A stretch of 64,000 bases of DNA from Camelus ferus (lineage: Eukaryota): the NCBI RefSeq assembly GCF_009834535.1, contig NC_045698.1, positions 12,464,001-12,528,000 on the forward strand, read 5' to 3'. The notes beneath the pieces are model-generated. The model was not told the origin of the DNA and searched no databases. It worked only from the letters and a program-made list of their open reading frames with translations. Below, in pieces: positions 50,790 through 62,548 of the stretch. A program made the translations under genes and the position numbers. Position 1 is the stretch's first letter. The number at the start of each line of letters is the position of its first letter.

Positions 50790-51020
50790 GGAGCGCGAGC
50801 GCGAGAAATGCAGAGGCTGCAGCGGCGGCGGCGGCGGCAGTAGCGGCAGCGGCGGCGGCGGCGGCGGCAGCGCTCCAACTCGCTCCTCGCTCCGGGCTCC
50901 GCCGTCGAGCCGGAGAGAGATCTTCTGCCAGCGGCCAGGCACCCGACCGGACGACACCAGCGACCCGGGCCCCTCGGCGGCACCGCGTTCACCCAGGGGC
51001 GGCACAGGCACCCAGAGCCG
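50790..51020 (+). other. BASP1: BASP1 exon 1 (non-coding 5' UTR exon); 5' boundary approximate
   Basis: 'cagcgctccaact..ctcctcgctccgggctccgccgtcgagccgg..gccagcggccaggcacc..ggcacccagagccg' matches my recall of the human BASP1 5' UTR just before the exon-2 'aactccaagATG'; followed by canonical donor CCG|GTAAGC at 51020/51021. Confidence 0.88.
50822..50872 (+). repeat. Interrupted (GGC)n trinucleotide repeat in the BASP1 5' region
   Basis: gcggcggcggcggcggcagtagcggcagcggcggcggcggcggcggcagc. Confidence 0.9.
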
Positions 51021-52424
51021 GTAAGCAGGCGCGCCCTGTCGCCCCGCTGCCGCGGCGGACCTGGGGTGCCGGCATCCCCGGGGCCTCCGTTCCCCTCCTG
51101 CACCCGCCCCACCCCCGAGGCCCTTTGTTCTCTCCCCTAGCTGCAGCCGGGGCTGAGGGGGAAATGGTGCAGGGCCCAATTAGACGGCGCCGGACACGGG
51201 ATCCCCTCAGTGACTGCTCCGTCGCGCTACGGGGATCTTGGGTGGTGGGGGCCCCGGAGGTGGGTGGATTCCGCCACTCACGGGGTGGGGAGGATGGAGG
51301 GTTGGTGAGCCTGATAAATGGAGTTGAGGGGGTGAGTAGTGGGAGGGAAGCTTCTAGTTAAGGAGGAAATTGCCGCCTGTGAAACCCTTTAATCCATTGA
51401 GACCCGAAGAGACGGTTTTTTGAGGCTTAAGAGTTATCTGTCATCGGCACCATTCACAGCCGGGAAGAAAGCGCTTGGTGCGAGGGGCGCAGCAGCAAAA
51501 GATGGAGGGTGGGGGTGGGGTGGGGCGGGAGTTAGGGGGAGCAAGAATACGGGGACTCTGGTGTGATCGGAAGGAAGGAGGTGCTTTTTGGTTTAGCAAA
51601 TGGGTTTCCTTGACCTGTGGGACGCCTGAATCTTGGCTTGGGGTGGCCAAGGAATGCGAGGTTCACACGACAACGTGCCTCCAAAGCACATTTGAGCAGA
51701 TCAAAGCCCCAGCCTCGGACTTGGCTGAACTGCCTTCCCATTAACCGGTGGGCTACATCTGAGCATTTATTTTTTCGAGTCTTCGCCTTCAGAGAATGCG
51801 CTGGGCGCCTCTACCCGCGCGGCCCGGCGGGGAGGGTGTGAGCTTGAACCTGACAGCGCGCGGCCCCTAACGGCCCAGACCCGCTGTGACCGAAGGTTTG
51901 GGGTTTAGCAGGTTTTGCCTGAAGTGCTAACACTGAAACCCGACGCTGGGTCCCTGTTGCCCCTCCCCGCCTTACCGTCCCCTCCCCCCTCAAGAATAAA
52001 AATTGCAGAATCCCTGGATCCGAGCGCACACACAATGCGTGGCTCCAAACCGCATTCTTTTCATGAATATTCATCGAACGCTTGGCTGGGCTCCTTATCT
52101 GCTTCCCCATAGACATTTCCGCCTTGAAACGAACTCCGCGAACAGTCTTTGCCTGTGTAATTTTCACTCCGCTGAAATTAGTACAGCGCGCACGGGTGCA
52201 TTTTTAGTACCTTAAACAGAATTGACGCCACACCTCGGTCTGCCGCGAGGCCACTAGCACATCTGTGATGGCGGGTTAAAATCGGACACTAGCATCGAGG
52301 TGGTCTTCCTGCTATAGCGGTGTGGATCAACCTCCCAGGGATTACCGGGGCTAAGAGATCCTCAGCACTGCGGGCAAAATGAATGAATCGGGACTGTAAT
52401 TACCTATTCCTTTGTCTTGGCCTC

Positions 52425-52434
52425 GCGCATGCGC
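52425..52434. promoter_or_regulatory. Candidate NRF1 site
   Basis: Perfect palindrome GCGCATGCGC. Confidence 0.5.
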
Positions 52435-55149
52435 CTGAGAGCAGGGTGTGGAGGGCCCCGGCAGCCCCATCTGATCTCTGCATCACCCACCCACCCACTC
52501 CCTTACCAAAACCAGGAACAAAGGCGTTTACCCTAAATGTTGCGTGAAACCCTTGGACACAAATGACAAGTTTTTCCCTCCTGTGTGTATATTTCTTCCT
52601 TTCCAGCCTATCTAATCGTTTGCTTTCTTAGTGATTTCAATTGATGAAAAATAAGATTAGCCTTGATGGTGAGGTCAAACTGTGGATTAAATATTTTTTT
52701 GTAACCGAACACTGCTATTTTCTTTCTAATACTGTTCATTGTTCTTTTTCCTGCATCGTTTTGCACTGCAGTGATGGTGGCTCTCTTAATTTGCATCAAT
52801 TAACCGTTTCTCTGACAGATTTTTGCTGTTGGCCATTTGATTAAGGGATATTCGTCTTAAAATTGACAGTGGGTATCGCCCCTAGTGTCACCATTTGGGA
52901 AAAATGAAGACATTTTGGCATTTATGCGAACAAGATGGCCTACAAAACCCAGAGCTGAGAAAATGGTTACCTTATCAGGATCCTAACTATGTCTGTTTTC
53001 TCTTGATTTCCTGATTGTTCTCCCTTGATTTTCCTCATTGTTTCATTAGGGATCCCAAAGACGAACCCCATGGAGTTGGAAATCCACTGATGGGGAGGAA
53101 GAAGTCAGCTGGGGCTGCTGGGGTGAAGATGATGGTTGATTAAGTTCTTAATTTTTTTTCAATGTCTACCAGAAACCATGATATATATACATATATACAT
53201 ACCTTTGGTGGTTGATGGATGATTTTCTTACCAATGATGTATTATCCAAGGACCATGTATGGCCCTTAAGATTTCTTTTTGGGCTAGTTTGTTCTATCAA
53301 CTGAAAGAAGACTTAACTGTACGAAATAGGAGCTAAATATTATATTTTCGCAATGGTACGTTATGCTTGAAAGAATTTTATGCTTAAGTATTCTCAGTGA
53401 ATCCTGGTAAGACAACATGTGGCAGGAAAATGGAAATCATCTCTTTTGTCCCTTTTAATAAAAACTTGATATTGATCAAGTTTAATATAGCAGAGCCTTT
53501 ACTTGGTAGGGTAGCTGCCTGGTACCCTCTCTACTTCATAGTACTGAGTGGGTTTTTTTGTTTGTTTGTTTGTTTTTTATGGTTTAGGGGGCTAGATGTA
53601 GATTTTTCTTTTTCTTTTTAGGTTTTGTTTTTGAGGGAGGGATGAGTCGGCAGACAGACCATATGCAATAGCAAATATATAACAATATGCCCCCAATTCA
53701 ATGAGTCTCAGGTTTTTGAGCAAGGTAATTTTTCAATTGAATTCTAAATGATCATTTACCTTATTCTTTTATCCAGCTAGCTTTTTGGCAAGCTGTAGCA
53801 GGTGGAGAAAGGGGAAATTGGGCCTTGTGACAAAATGCACCAACAATGACTGTATTATCAGTGGTGCCAGTGGCGGGCCTCTCCTTAACTGGTGCTCCTG
53901 CTTTCTTTGTGGGCAGAAGAGGGCCTTCCCTCCCCCCAGACCACCCCAGGTTGAACATCTAATTTGAACACCCTAATCTGAATGGAAGAGCCCTATGGGC
54001 TTCAGCTCCTTATCTTTGGAGGCGTCTTTATAATCTTCCTGGATTTACTAGAAGATGTGATGTATTCTGTCTCTTTAGTTTTTGTCTTTTTTTTAAAAAT
54101 TCACATTAAGAACAATCCCAAAGTATTGTTTTCCTTGGTCATAAGTGGAGTGTGAGAAACTTAGGTTTGGAGAGGATTTGCTCACTCTAAAATGGACGTC
54201 TGTAATACTTCACTGTGGGGAAAAAAAAAGCAAAATCCAAACCCTTTTTTAAATCAGTTAAGGTGCCATATATATTTATACACACACATAATTTATACAT
54301 ATAGACTCATGCTATAAAATAAAATTTAATTAATGATATGAAATGAAACTGATTGGTATAGACTATCATTTTATAGTGCTTCATAATAGTCTTTGGAAAA
54401 TAATTAATTTTCTGTTTTTCTCAGTGTATATTGAAGGGAGAGCCTAGCTAGTCTACTAAGATGCTCACTTCTAAGTTTTACCAGTGTACCCCTGAAACAA
54501 ATGGGTTGTACTGAGCATCTTAAATTAACATGTTCATTTACAGGCTTAAACATTCACATGAAGCACTACCGAACTTGAAGAGCTGTAATAAACAATGCTT
54601 ACTAAATAAAAGATTTATAAAGTTGCTCTGCCTTATTTTTCTGATCACTTGTAAAATTTTGTTTTGAAAAATATCCAGAAAAGGCCTACCAAGTATCATT
54701 TGTCAAAAGCAATTGCCTTTGGTGTCTGATTCTGTTAAAAGAAACGCTTTGATTTGCTTAGGTCTTTATCTTTCTAATATGTAGTTTTTACCTACTCATT
54801 TTACACCCTTTTTATCAAAAGATTAACATCTTCTTAATGACTGTTTTAGCTGGTAAACTGGAAACCAGGTAACTGAGGAAAAGCCAAACGTGTAGATGCG
54901 TTGAAGTTCTGGGGGAAATGGGTGTGGTATCTGTCTTTTTGTCACGTTTTCTCAACTCACCGAATCTTTTCCATTTATTCTGACTCGTAAAACTTTGGAT
55001 AACACAGTGCAATGTGAATTTTACTCTTCAGCTTAATTATGGTGGATTAATAGCAGGAAATAACTGAGGTTGTGGACAGCCAGAATTTTTTTTTAAAGAA
55101 AATAGTCTTGATCGGGAGGCTTCCTCGGGCTTAGTTGGTTTGAAAAATC

Positions 55150-55310
55150 TCTAGGTACTGGCTGGGCCACTTTGGGCAAATTACTTCAAACCTCTCTAAA
55201 TTTCACTTTATAAAAATTGTTATTGTAAAATTGGAGTAATAATTCCTATTTTTAGGCTATCCGAAGGATGACATGTATGTCTGGAAAGTGTGTAAGGACA
55301 GTGGCTGGCT
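55150..55310 (+). mobile_element. Degenerate MIR SINE
   Basis: 'ctttgggcaaattacttcaaacctctctaa...tgtaaaattggagtaataattcctat'. Confidence 0.6.
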
Positions 55311-56414
55311 CTTAGGGGCCCCTTGCCCTCTCAGTCTGCATTATCAACACAGGCGGTGTGATTGACATCGATAACTAATTTCTCTATATTAAGCTGCAGT
55401 TTTCTTCCATGCTGATTAATCAAGACCTGAGGGTTTCCGTGTATTCAGTCAGAAATAGGATATTTCAAACCACATAGAGATACATATTTGAAATTCTGTG
55501 AGACAGAAATGTATGGGAATTTGCCCCAGAGTGGATTGAGTGAAGCCAGAATGGCCACCCTCATCAAATTTCCCATGGCTGCTTCTGGAACTCAAGAGAC
55601 AGCATTTAAGTTCTTTTGAGAAAATATAGGAGTAGTCTTAAAACCACAGGCGCTCCCAGCCTGCCAAAGGAGGATTTTTGGTAAATGCCATTCCCTCCAC
55701 TGCTATTAAGACAGACATCTAGGTAAGTGTCTTGTGAGGAAAAAAAAATGTCCAGTAAACCTTATCAAAAGTAAAAGATAATCACGTAGATAATCAGATT
55801 CTTACCAGGATAGAGTTAAAGTGCAATTTTGAAAAGATACAAGCAAGGTGATTAAAACAACATTCTCTTCTTCCCCCTGGAACTCAGAAGCCCGATGAGA
55901 TGGGATGCAGAGAAAGTCTCATCACGTGTTTTCTTTATGCTTGCAAAGAATTTAAGTAACTTACAAAATCAGGCTTTCTAAAGGCAGCAGTTTTTTTTTT
56001 TTTTTTTTTAATAAAAACAGGGAATGCAGGAATTGTGTGGACTAGCCAAGGCTGCCAGTGAGGGGAGGCTGTGATTGAGCATGCCTCGAAGTCTAGGAAT
56101 AAATTCCTGAAAGCCTGAGAGATTTAGAAATAGAAGCCATCTGCAAACACAACAGGGACCCAGGTCATAAGGAAACATGTCAAGATGATATAAGAAAGTG
56201 GTGTTCAGTGGGGAAAGGCCCGGCGTTTACACATTTCCTTCTTATTGCTTAAACACTTTACGAACTTGTTTTTAAATTGATTTTTTTATTCTTTTGTTCA
56301 TTTTGGATGAGGGAGGAAGGGCTGGTCTTCACTGGTTTGTTTCTTGAACTTTGCTTTGAAATATACGTTTCAGCTATGGTTTGTACACTGTAGGGCGTAC
56401 GGTATTTAGAAAGT

Positions 56415-56615
56415 GTGACTTGGAGGGCTGAGTGTGGAGCCAGATTCACTAGGTTAAGAATCTTGTCTCAGCCATTGTCTAGCTGTGTGATCTTTGGTAA
56501 ATTGCTTAGCTTCTCTGTGCCCCACTTCTCATCTATAAAATGGGGGGGGGGTTTATAATGCAGTTATTATAGAGATTAAATGAAGTCATCACACACTTAG
56601 GACAATGCCTTATAC
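56415..56615 (+). mobile_element. MIR SINE
   Basis: 'ctagctgtgtgatctttggtaaattgcttagcttctctgtgccccacttctcatctataaaatggg'. Confidence 0.85.
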
Positions 56616-59600
56616 ATATTTTCTGCATCTCTATAATGCACTTTCACTGTCAAGTGGTGAGGAGACCAGCTTTCTTTACTTCATCCTCTATGTCTGTAGC
56701 TGTCTCTAGGCTTATTTCAAAGGTCATTATTGCAAGACAGGCTGTTGGTGGACAGGAGTTGGGAGAACATAGAAGTCTGTGGTTTAGAAAAATCCTCTTG
56801 TACTAGTTTCAAAAGTCCAAAGTGGGTAGATGGATACAACTCCAGCCTCCAAACTGAGTTGGTATTGAAATGAAAAGCAATGATGTGAAAGTCCTGAGAG
56901 CCTCAGAGAAAGGCTCAGTGTTTTGATATGTTGACATCTGGACTCCACTGGATGACCTTGGGTATTGACAGAAGTCCTTCATATTCCTGAAACTTGGCGT
57001 TGTGGTGTCCTGAATCAAGATGAATTCATTAGCATTTGAAAGGAGTGTCTTAGTCCTTAGTACAAAGATTGTATAAACCAATTTATGTGTTTAAAATCCT
57101 CAGGACACACCAGGTGCAGGCTTTCGCTTTCCCACATCCCCACCACCCACTCCAGGAGTAAAACTGAAGCTTATCTTATGCAGGAATGTGACTGTATCAC
57201 CTGTTGACAAAAGTCTTTGGAAATAATTATCCCCCTGGCAACCTCAGTCACTGTGGAATCTTAAAAAAAAAAAAAAAACAAGGAAGTTCTTTGGAATTTC
57301 AGATATTTGAGATGGATCATCCTGGAATCTGGTTTGACCTTGTAGGCATTTAATTCTGGGATCTGCTTAACTAACTTGTTTTTGGCCTTCTGGATCCTTG
57401 GGCTTTGCTGTTCCATGAAGGTCAAGTCATTCTCATTTTGGCTAAATTATTTTTTTAATAGTTTCTTTAAATGGGTTTTTGACTCTTATGAATCAGGATG
57501 GTAATTATATTTAACTTTATCTGTCAAATATTCACTGTAGGAAAGAGATTTTGGATATGGTGATTGTATCATTTAAAAAACTTCATCAAAATTTTTTTCT
57601 TTTATATCTAGAGAAGTTTAGGAATGAAATTGGACACTTAATGAAATTGACTATTTATTGTATGTCATATGCTTTAGTTGAATTTTATCCCCTCAAAAAA
57701 ATTGTTAAATGCATTTTATCTGTGAATAAATGAAAAATAGAGGGTTAAATAATGTACCTGAGATCCTGGAGCCAGGAGAATGTGACAGAATTTGAACCCG
57801 TGTCTGATGGCCCCACGCTATTCTGTCTTTCCCTTAAGTCTTGGCCATTTTATCTCATGTCATATGGACACTTGAGGATAAAACGGATGACATGTTCCAA
57901 CATATTAGCATCTTCATTAGAGAGAGTTGTACTAAGTTGTAACATGAAGAATTATCATAGAAGAGATACAGCTTACAAAAAAGTTTTAATCCATACATAT
58001 ATTAAGTAACCTAGATGAGAAATTCTTCCTTGTCATGGTGAACATGGGCTGATGTCCTTAAGTCACCTCTGTTCTGCGATGATGAGGATGAAGAGGGTGA
58101 GGATGATGGCTCCTCTTCGGGACTTTGGATAAATGTGGGTAGTCGGCCCCTTCACTTTCCTCATTACACTTCACAGGTGGCCCACAGTAATCACTCAAAT
58201 GCCTTACCTGTAATTCAGCTTTTAAAATACTCACCAGAGAGGCTAGTCAGCCCTCCTGCAGCTATGTAGTAATGGTTGCCTGATGAGAAATAAACCAAGC
58301 CCTAAATTGGCTACCCCCTTTTTTTTCTGCCTCCATGCAGAGTTCATTTACAGAAAGTTGGTGATAGCTTTTACTTTCTAAACTACAGCCTCAGTCCTTT
58401 GTAAATACTTGCCATCATAAGTTGAAAGCTCATAATTAAAACACTTACTCTGTAACTCAAAAGGACCTTGGACAATTTGGTGGCTTAGTCAAGGTCTCAT
58501 GAGCTGGGTAGTGGCTGAGTAGAAACCCAGGTTATTTCCCAAAAAAGCCTCACTCCTGCCGCCCTCCCTTCTTTCTAATTGAGTCAAACTCTTACTCACT
58601 GTCCACAACTTAAAAAGAAAAATTCCTACCATTCTTTGGCTCTGATACCATTTTTTGGGAATCCGATCCTGATCCTGTGTCTCTCCCTGCTGCCCTCCTC
58701 AGAGACAGACCCTGGTCTGCATTTTGATAGCATCCCTTGTGCAGCTCTCTCGTTACTACCTGCCACTGCGCGATCTGCTCGCCATCTCTACTCCTCAACT
58801 TACCTCTTTTTTGCTCTTACACTACAGACATGTGGTTTCCTTCATATGGCAAAGAACTTACGGCATACGTTGAAGTAGTTTTTCCCATAAAACTAAAATG
58901 TTAGTATCATATCTTTGTTTTCCTGCAGAAATAAGGAGTGGTGCAGGGTTTGGAGCCTGCAGATGGAGGGATAGGAGTTTGACAAGAAAGCCAGTTGGTC
59001 TTAGACTCATTTGGGGGCTGCTGAGTGAGTGGAGCGGTCAAGCATGGTGCCCTGGAAATGCTCTGGAATCTCTTGGAAGATCCACCATGCACAGTGATGG
59101 ACAGGAACTTTTATGCCAGTTTCTCGTGTGATCTGGCTTACTGGTTTGAGAGCTGCATAAAAGACATGGTTAAATCTTTTCTTCTTTAGAATTGTCATTT
59201 ATAGTATTTGCGCTGATTTAGGAGATTTAAAAGGGCTAGAAGTTTCTGAAGTTGTCATTAAAATATGGAACTTAAGTACTTAAGTTGTTAAAATACTTCA
59301 TAAAGCTTAATATTCGGATGTTTGAAACGGAGTTTAGCAATGTAAACTGTTTATGTGCATTTGTATTTTGAAAAATTGTGATAAGATTAGTTTTAGAGGA
59401 GAGAGTTTTAATTTATATTTAAAATGACTTATTTAGACATTTCAGTAGGTGGAGAATAAGCCTTGAGTGAATTTATATTTTTTTTCCCAGGGAAACCTGC
59501 CCTAAACAAGTGACTTTGCAGTTTTTGTCGTGCTTTTCATTATTACAGTTTTACAGGTTCAGAAATGAATATATTCCTAAAATAAGCCCAAATTAAAACC

Positions 59601-62199
59601 TTTTTTTTTTTTAAGTTTATGAAGAATAAGATGTTAGAAAACAGCTTTTCCGGGTTGAACTTTCTAAATTACAAGTTTCCTGGATTGCTTGGCGAAGTGA
59701 ATTTGAAAAGACCCACATCATTTACCCATTGACAGCTGTTCAAAACACCGTTACCACACAGATTAATACAACAGCCAAGTTAAATATTAACAAGATCTCA
59801 GTGGGGAAATAGTTTATCAAAGGCGAAAACAGTAGCAACCATTGGGTAACTGAAGACATCCCTGTTCCCTAAGGATAGAAGACAGTCTCCTCGGAATTGT
59901 CGAGTCTTTACAAAGTATCGCTTTAAGCCTCTCTGGGCTTGTCTTGGAAACTGTACAGGCAGTAGGGGTATTTTTCTTTACAAATGCTCTCAGCTGTTTC
60001 AGTCCAGGTCAACAGCATCTGTATTTGCCATAGACATATTTAAGATGATTGGAGAAAAGGAGCATCTAGAGAAATCAGTGACTTACAGGGGGGTAGATTA
60101 GCAATGACTTCCTCCTGCCATTACCCTGCATTCCATCAAGAAGGTAGGCTGAGGTTATGTGGCCACTTGAGTATTTACTAAGGACTTAAATGATTAAATG
60201 AGGGGTTCTGGAATCGTCTCTGAATGACTCATTTTCCTAAAGAAAAAAAGAAAGACTCTCAATTAACAATTGGTGGTGACAATAGCGCTTAGCATCTCAT
60301 GGTCACCCAACCTCGGTGGATCCTGCCCCACTTAACCATGGTTTATTTTGGCACTAGGGTTTCCTCAGTCGCTCTGGTGATCTTTTGTTGAGACCTCAAG
60401 CTTTGAATTCCCAGGGCTCACCCAACTGGACTTTAGTAGAAACCTGCTTCCAGAACTTTCAGTGTGTCGTTTTCAGACAAATAGTAACAAGTGTTGGTAG
60501 CAATGTTGTCCAGAAGGCTGTTAATACAAGATGGACAGTGGTTTCCCAGGTACGTGTTGCTTCATGTGGCTCACACCTGAATATCTCTGTTCCCCCTTGT
60601 CAATCTGGCGGTTGACTAATGGAAAGTCTCCTTGAAAGTTCTATCGGTGGAAGAGACAGAAACACTAGGTCCCTACATTTATCTCCATCCTTTCTATTCT
60701 AACCGGTTTTGTTTCCACCATCCAGAGAGCTTCACCTTGATTTCAGCTATATGAAAGTCCTCTGGGTGGGTGGGTATCGGCTCATCCTAGGAGAACTCAA
60801 CCGGCCACAGTGCAGAGAGAAGCCACTACACAGTGGAATTAGAACACATGATTCCACTAAGGTAAGAGCTGTAGTTTTAAATCCGAAAGGAGTTCTACTC
60901 ATCCTTCTAAGCTATGATGTTTAATTTACTACTAACAGAATGCTGAGAATGTAGCAAAAACTGTATTTTACGAAACTGAATTTGAATGTCGGCAGGCTTC
61001 CATCTCTCTGCCTCACCCAACCCTGTTGGTTAGTCCTTCCTGCTTAAAAGATATCACTTTGTGGCACTTTAAACGTCAGTAGTAACACATTCTTTGACTG
61101 TATCCTGATTTCCAGCAGTAAGTATTGCCAAGTTAAGGGGAGAAGAAATGGTGGTTAGAGGAAGCAACTGGCGAATTAGTTAGGATTGGTCCTCATTCAA
61201 TTTGTCCTAAACTAAATTAGGGTTTGTACTCATGCTACCCCCTTGCCTTCTTTAAGACCGGGAGCTATGACTTGCATGCCACTTACCTGTGCTCATCCCC
61301 ACTGCTGGGCATACCACCCGCGGAGGCTCCTTTACCATTTTTGTAGTATGAGAGCCAAGAATCCCAGATAAAGGGTAAAGAAGTCCAGAATGATGTAATA
61401 CTGCAAAAAATGTTACTGCTGTTTCTAAGAGGAGTGAAAAAAAAGCTCAAGCCAGTTTTGAGTTGGGCATGATTCCTGTTGCAAGAGGGTGTGAACTGGG
61501 GGAGATACATCTGAAAAACAAACCAGCCCCTCCCAACCGCTCAAACCCTTAGGGTATTTAGGCAGCAGAATAGAATACAATTGATGTCAGCAGCGCCAGC
61601 AGGCCCTGACTTGTTAGCAATTGTCTGCCTGGTTTACCTGGTAGAGGAAATACCTGACTGCTAGAACAAATGTTTTGGGTCGCTCATATGCACCACGGTT
61701 AGTGTGAGGTTTAAGTGGCTGGGGATGAATTCCCACTGAAATCTGATTCTGAAGATGTATTTAGCTACCGCCCTACCTAATTAACCAATCCACTCGAGAG
61801 AGGGACAGGCATGGGTAGCCCTTGTTAAATATGGAGGTTTGTAAAACCTTCTGAAAAGGAGGAAATGGCTGTACTTGAGGGAAGTGGCGATGAGGTACTT
61901 TTGCAGCCATGGTTCTGGATGGAGAGAGGGGAACACCATTCCTTTCTGTTCCTAAGGGTGTCCGGATTCCCCTTGTGTGGGCAGGATTTCTGGTAAGTAC
62001 AGGAAGCAAAACTACATTGGTCTAGATCAACAGTCAATGACCTCTTGTTTCTAAGCCCCACCACTCCCTCCTTCTAGTGTTTCCAGGGGCAAAAAAGAGA
62101 AGAGAGCATGAGAGGAGGAAGGGGAGGGGTGGGAGAGGGGAGGATGGAGGCATATCTGCAGAAACAGGAATGGTAGACGCAGGGGTGCTTTGTTCCCAC

Positions 62200-62548
62200 G
62201 TTTCTCTGCTGGGGCTGCCAGAACAGAGCACAGGACCAGGAGGCTAGAACTCCAAGGTCAGGGTGTTGACAGGTTTGGTTTCCTCTGTGGTCTCTCTCCT
62301 AGGCTTGCAGACGGCTGCCTTCCTGCTGTGTTCTCACAGGGTCTTGTGTCTGCGTGCATGCACCCCTGGTGTCTCTTTCAGTCCCAGTCTCTTTTCATTA
62401 GGGCACCAGCCCGATGGGTGAAGGCCCACCTCGATGGCTTCATTTGAAATTAATTAACCTCTTAAAGGCCCTATCTGCAAAGACTGCAGTTTAGAGCTTC
62501 AGCATATGAATGGGGGTGGCGGGTGGGGCACAACGCAGGTTGCAACAA
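62200..62548 (-). mobile_element. MLT1A-like solo LTR
   Basis: 'ggaggctagaactccaaggtcagggtgttgacaggtttggtttcctctg', 'ggcttgcagacggctgcct', 'ttaaaggccctatct'. Confidence 0.85.

Larger units (their letters stand above)
49720..52450. promoter_or_regulatory. BASP1: CpG island and promoter of BASP1
   Basis: Sharp rise in GC and CpG density; three copies of GGAGGCGGGCGGGG (GC boxes) at 50613, 50651, 50709; no obvious TATA box. Confidence 0.9.

Noticed and set aside
50127..51179. 350-aa and 289-aa minus-strand ORFs and the 100-aa plus-strand ORF over the CpG island
   Set aside because: Low-complexity Pro/Gly/Arg/Ser translations expected from GC-rich, stop-poor DNA; no recognisable domain; they overlap a known non-coding exon.
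59075..59100. REST/RE1-like site 'gatccaccatgcacagtg'
   Set aside because: Left half lacks TTCAGC and the GGACAG core is mismatched.
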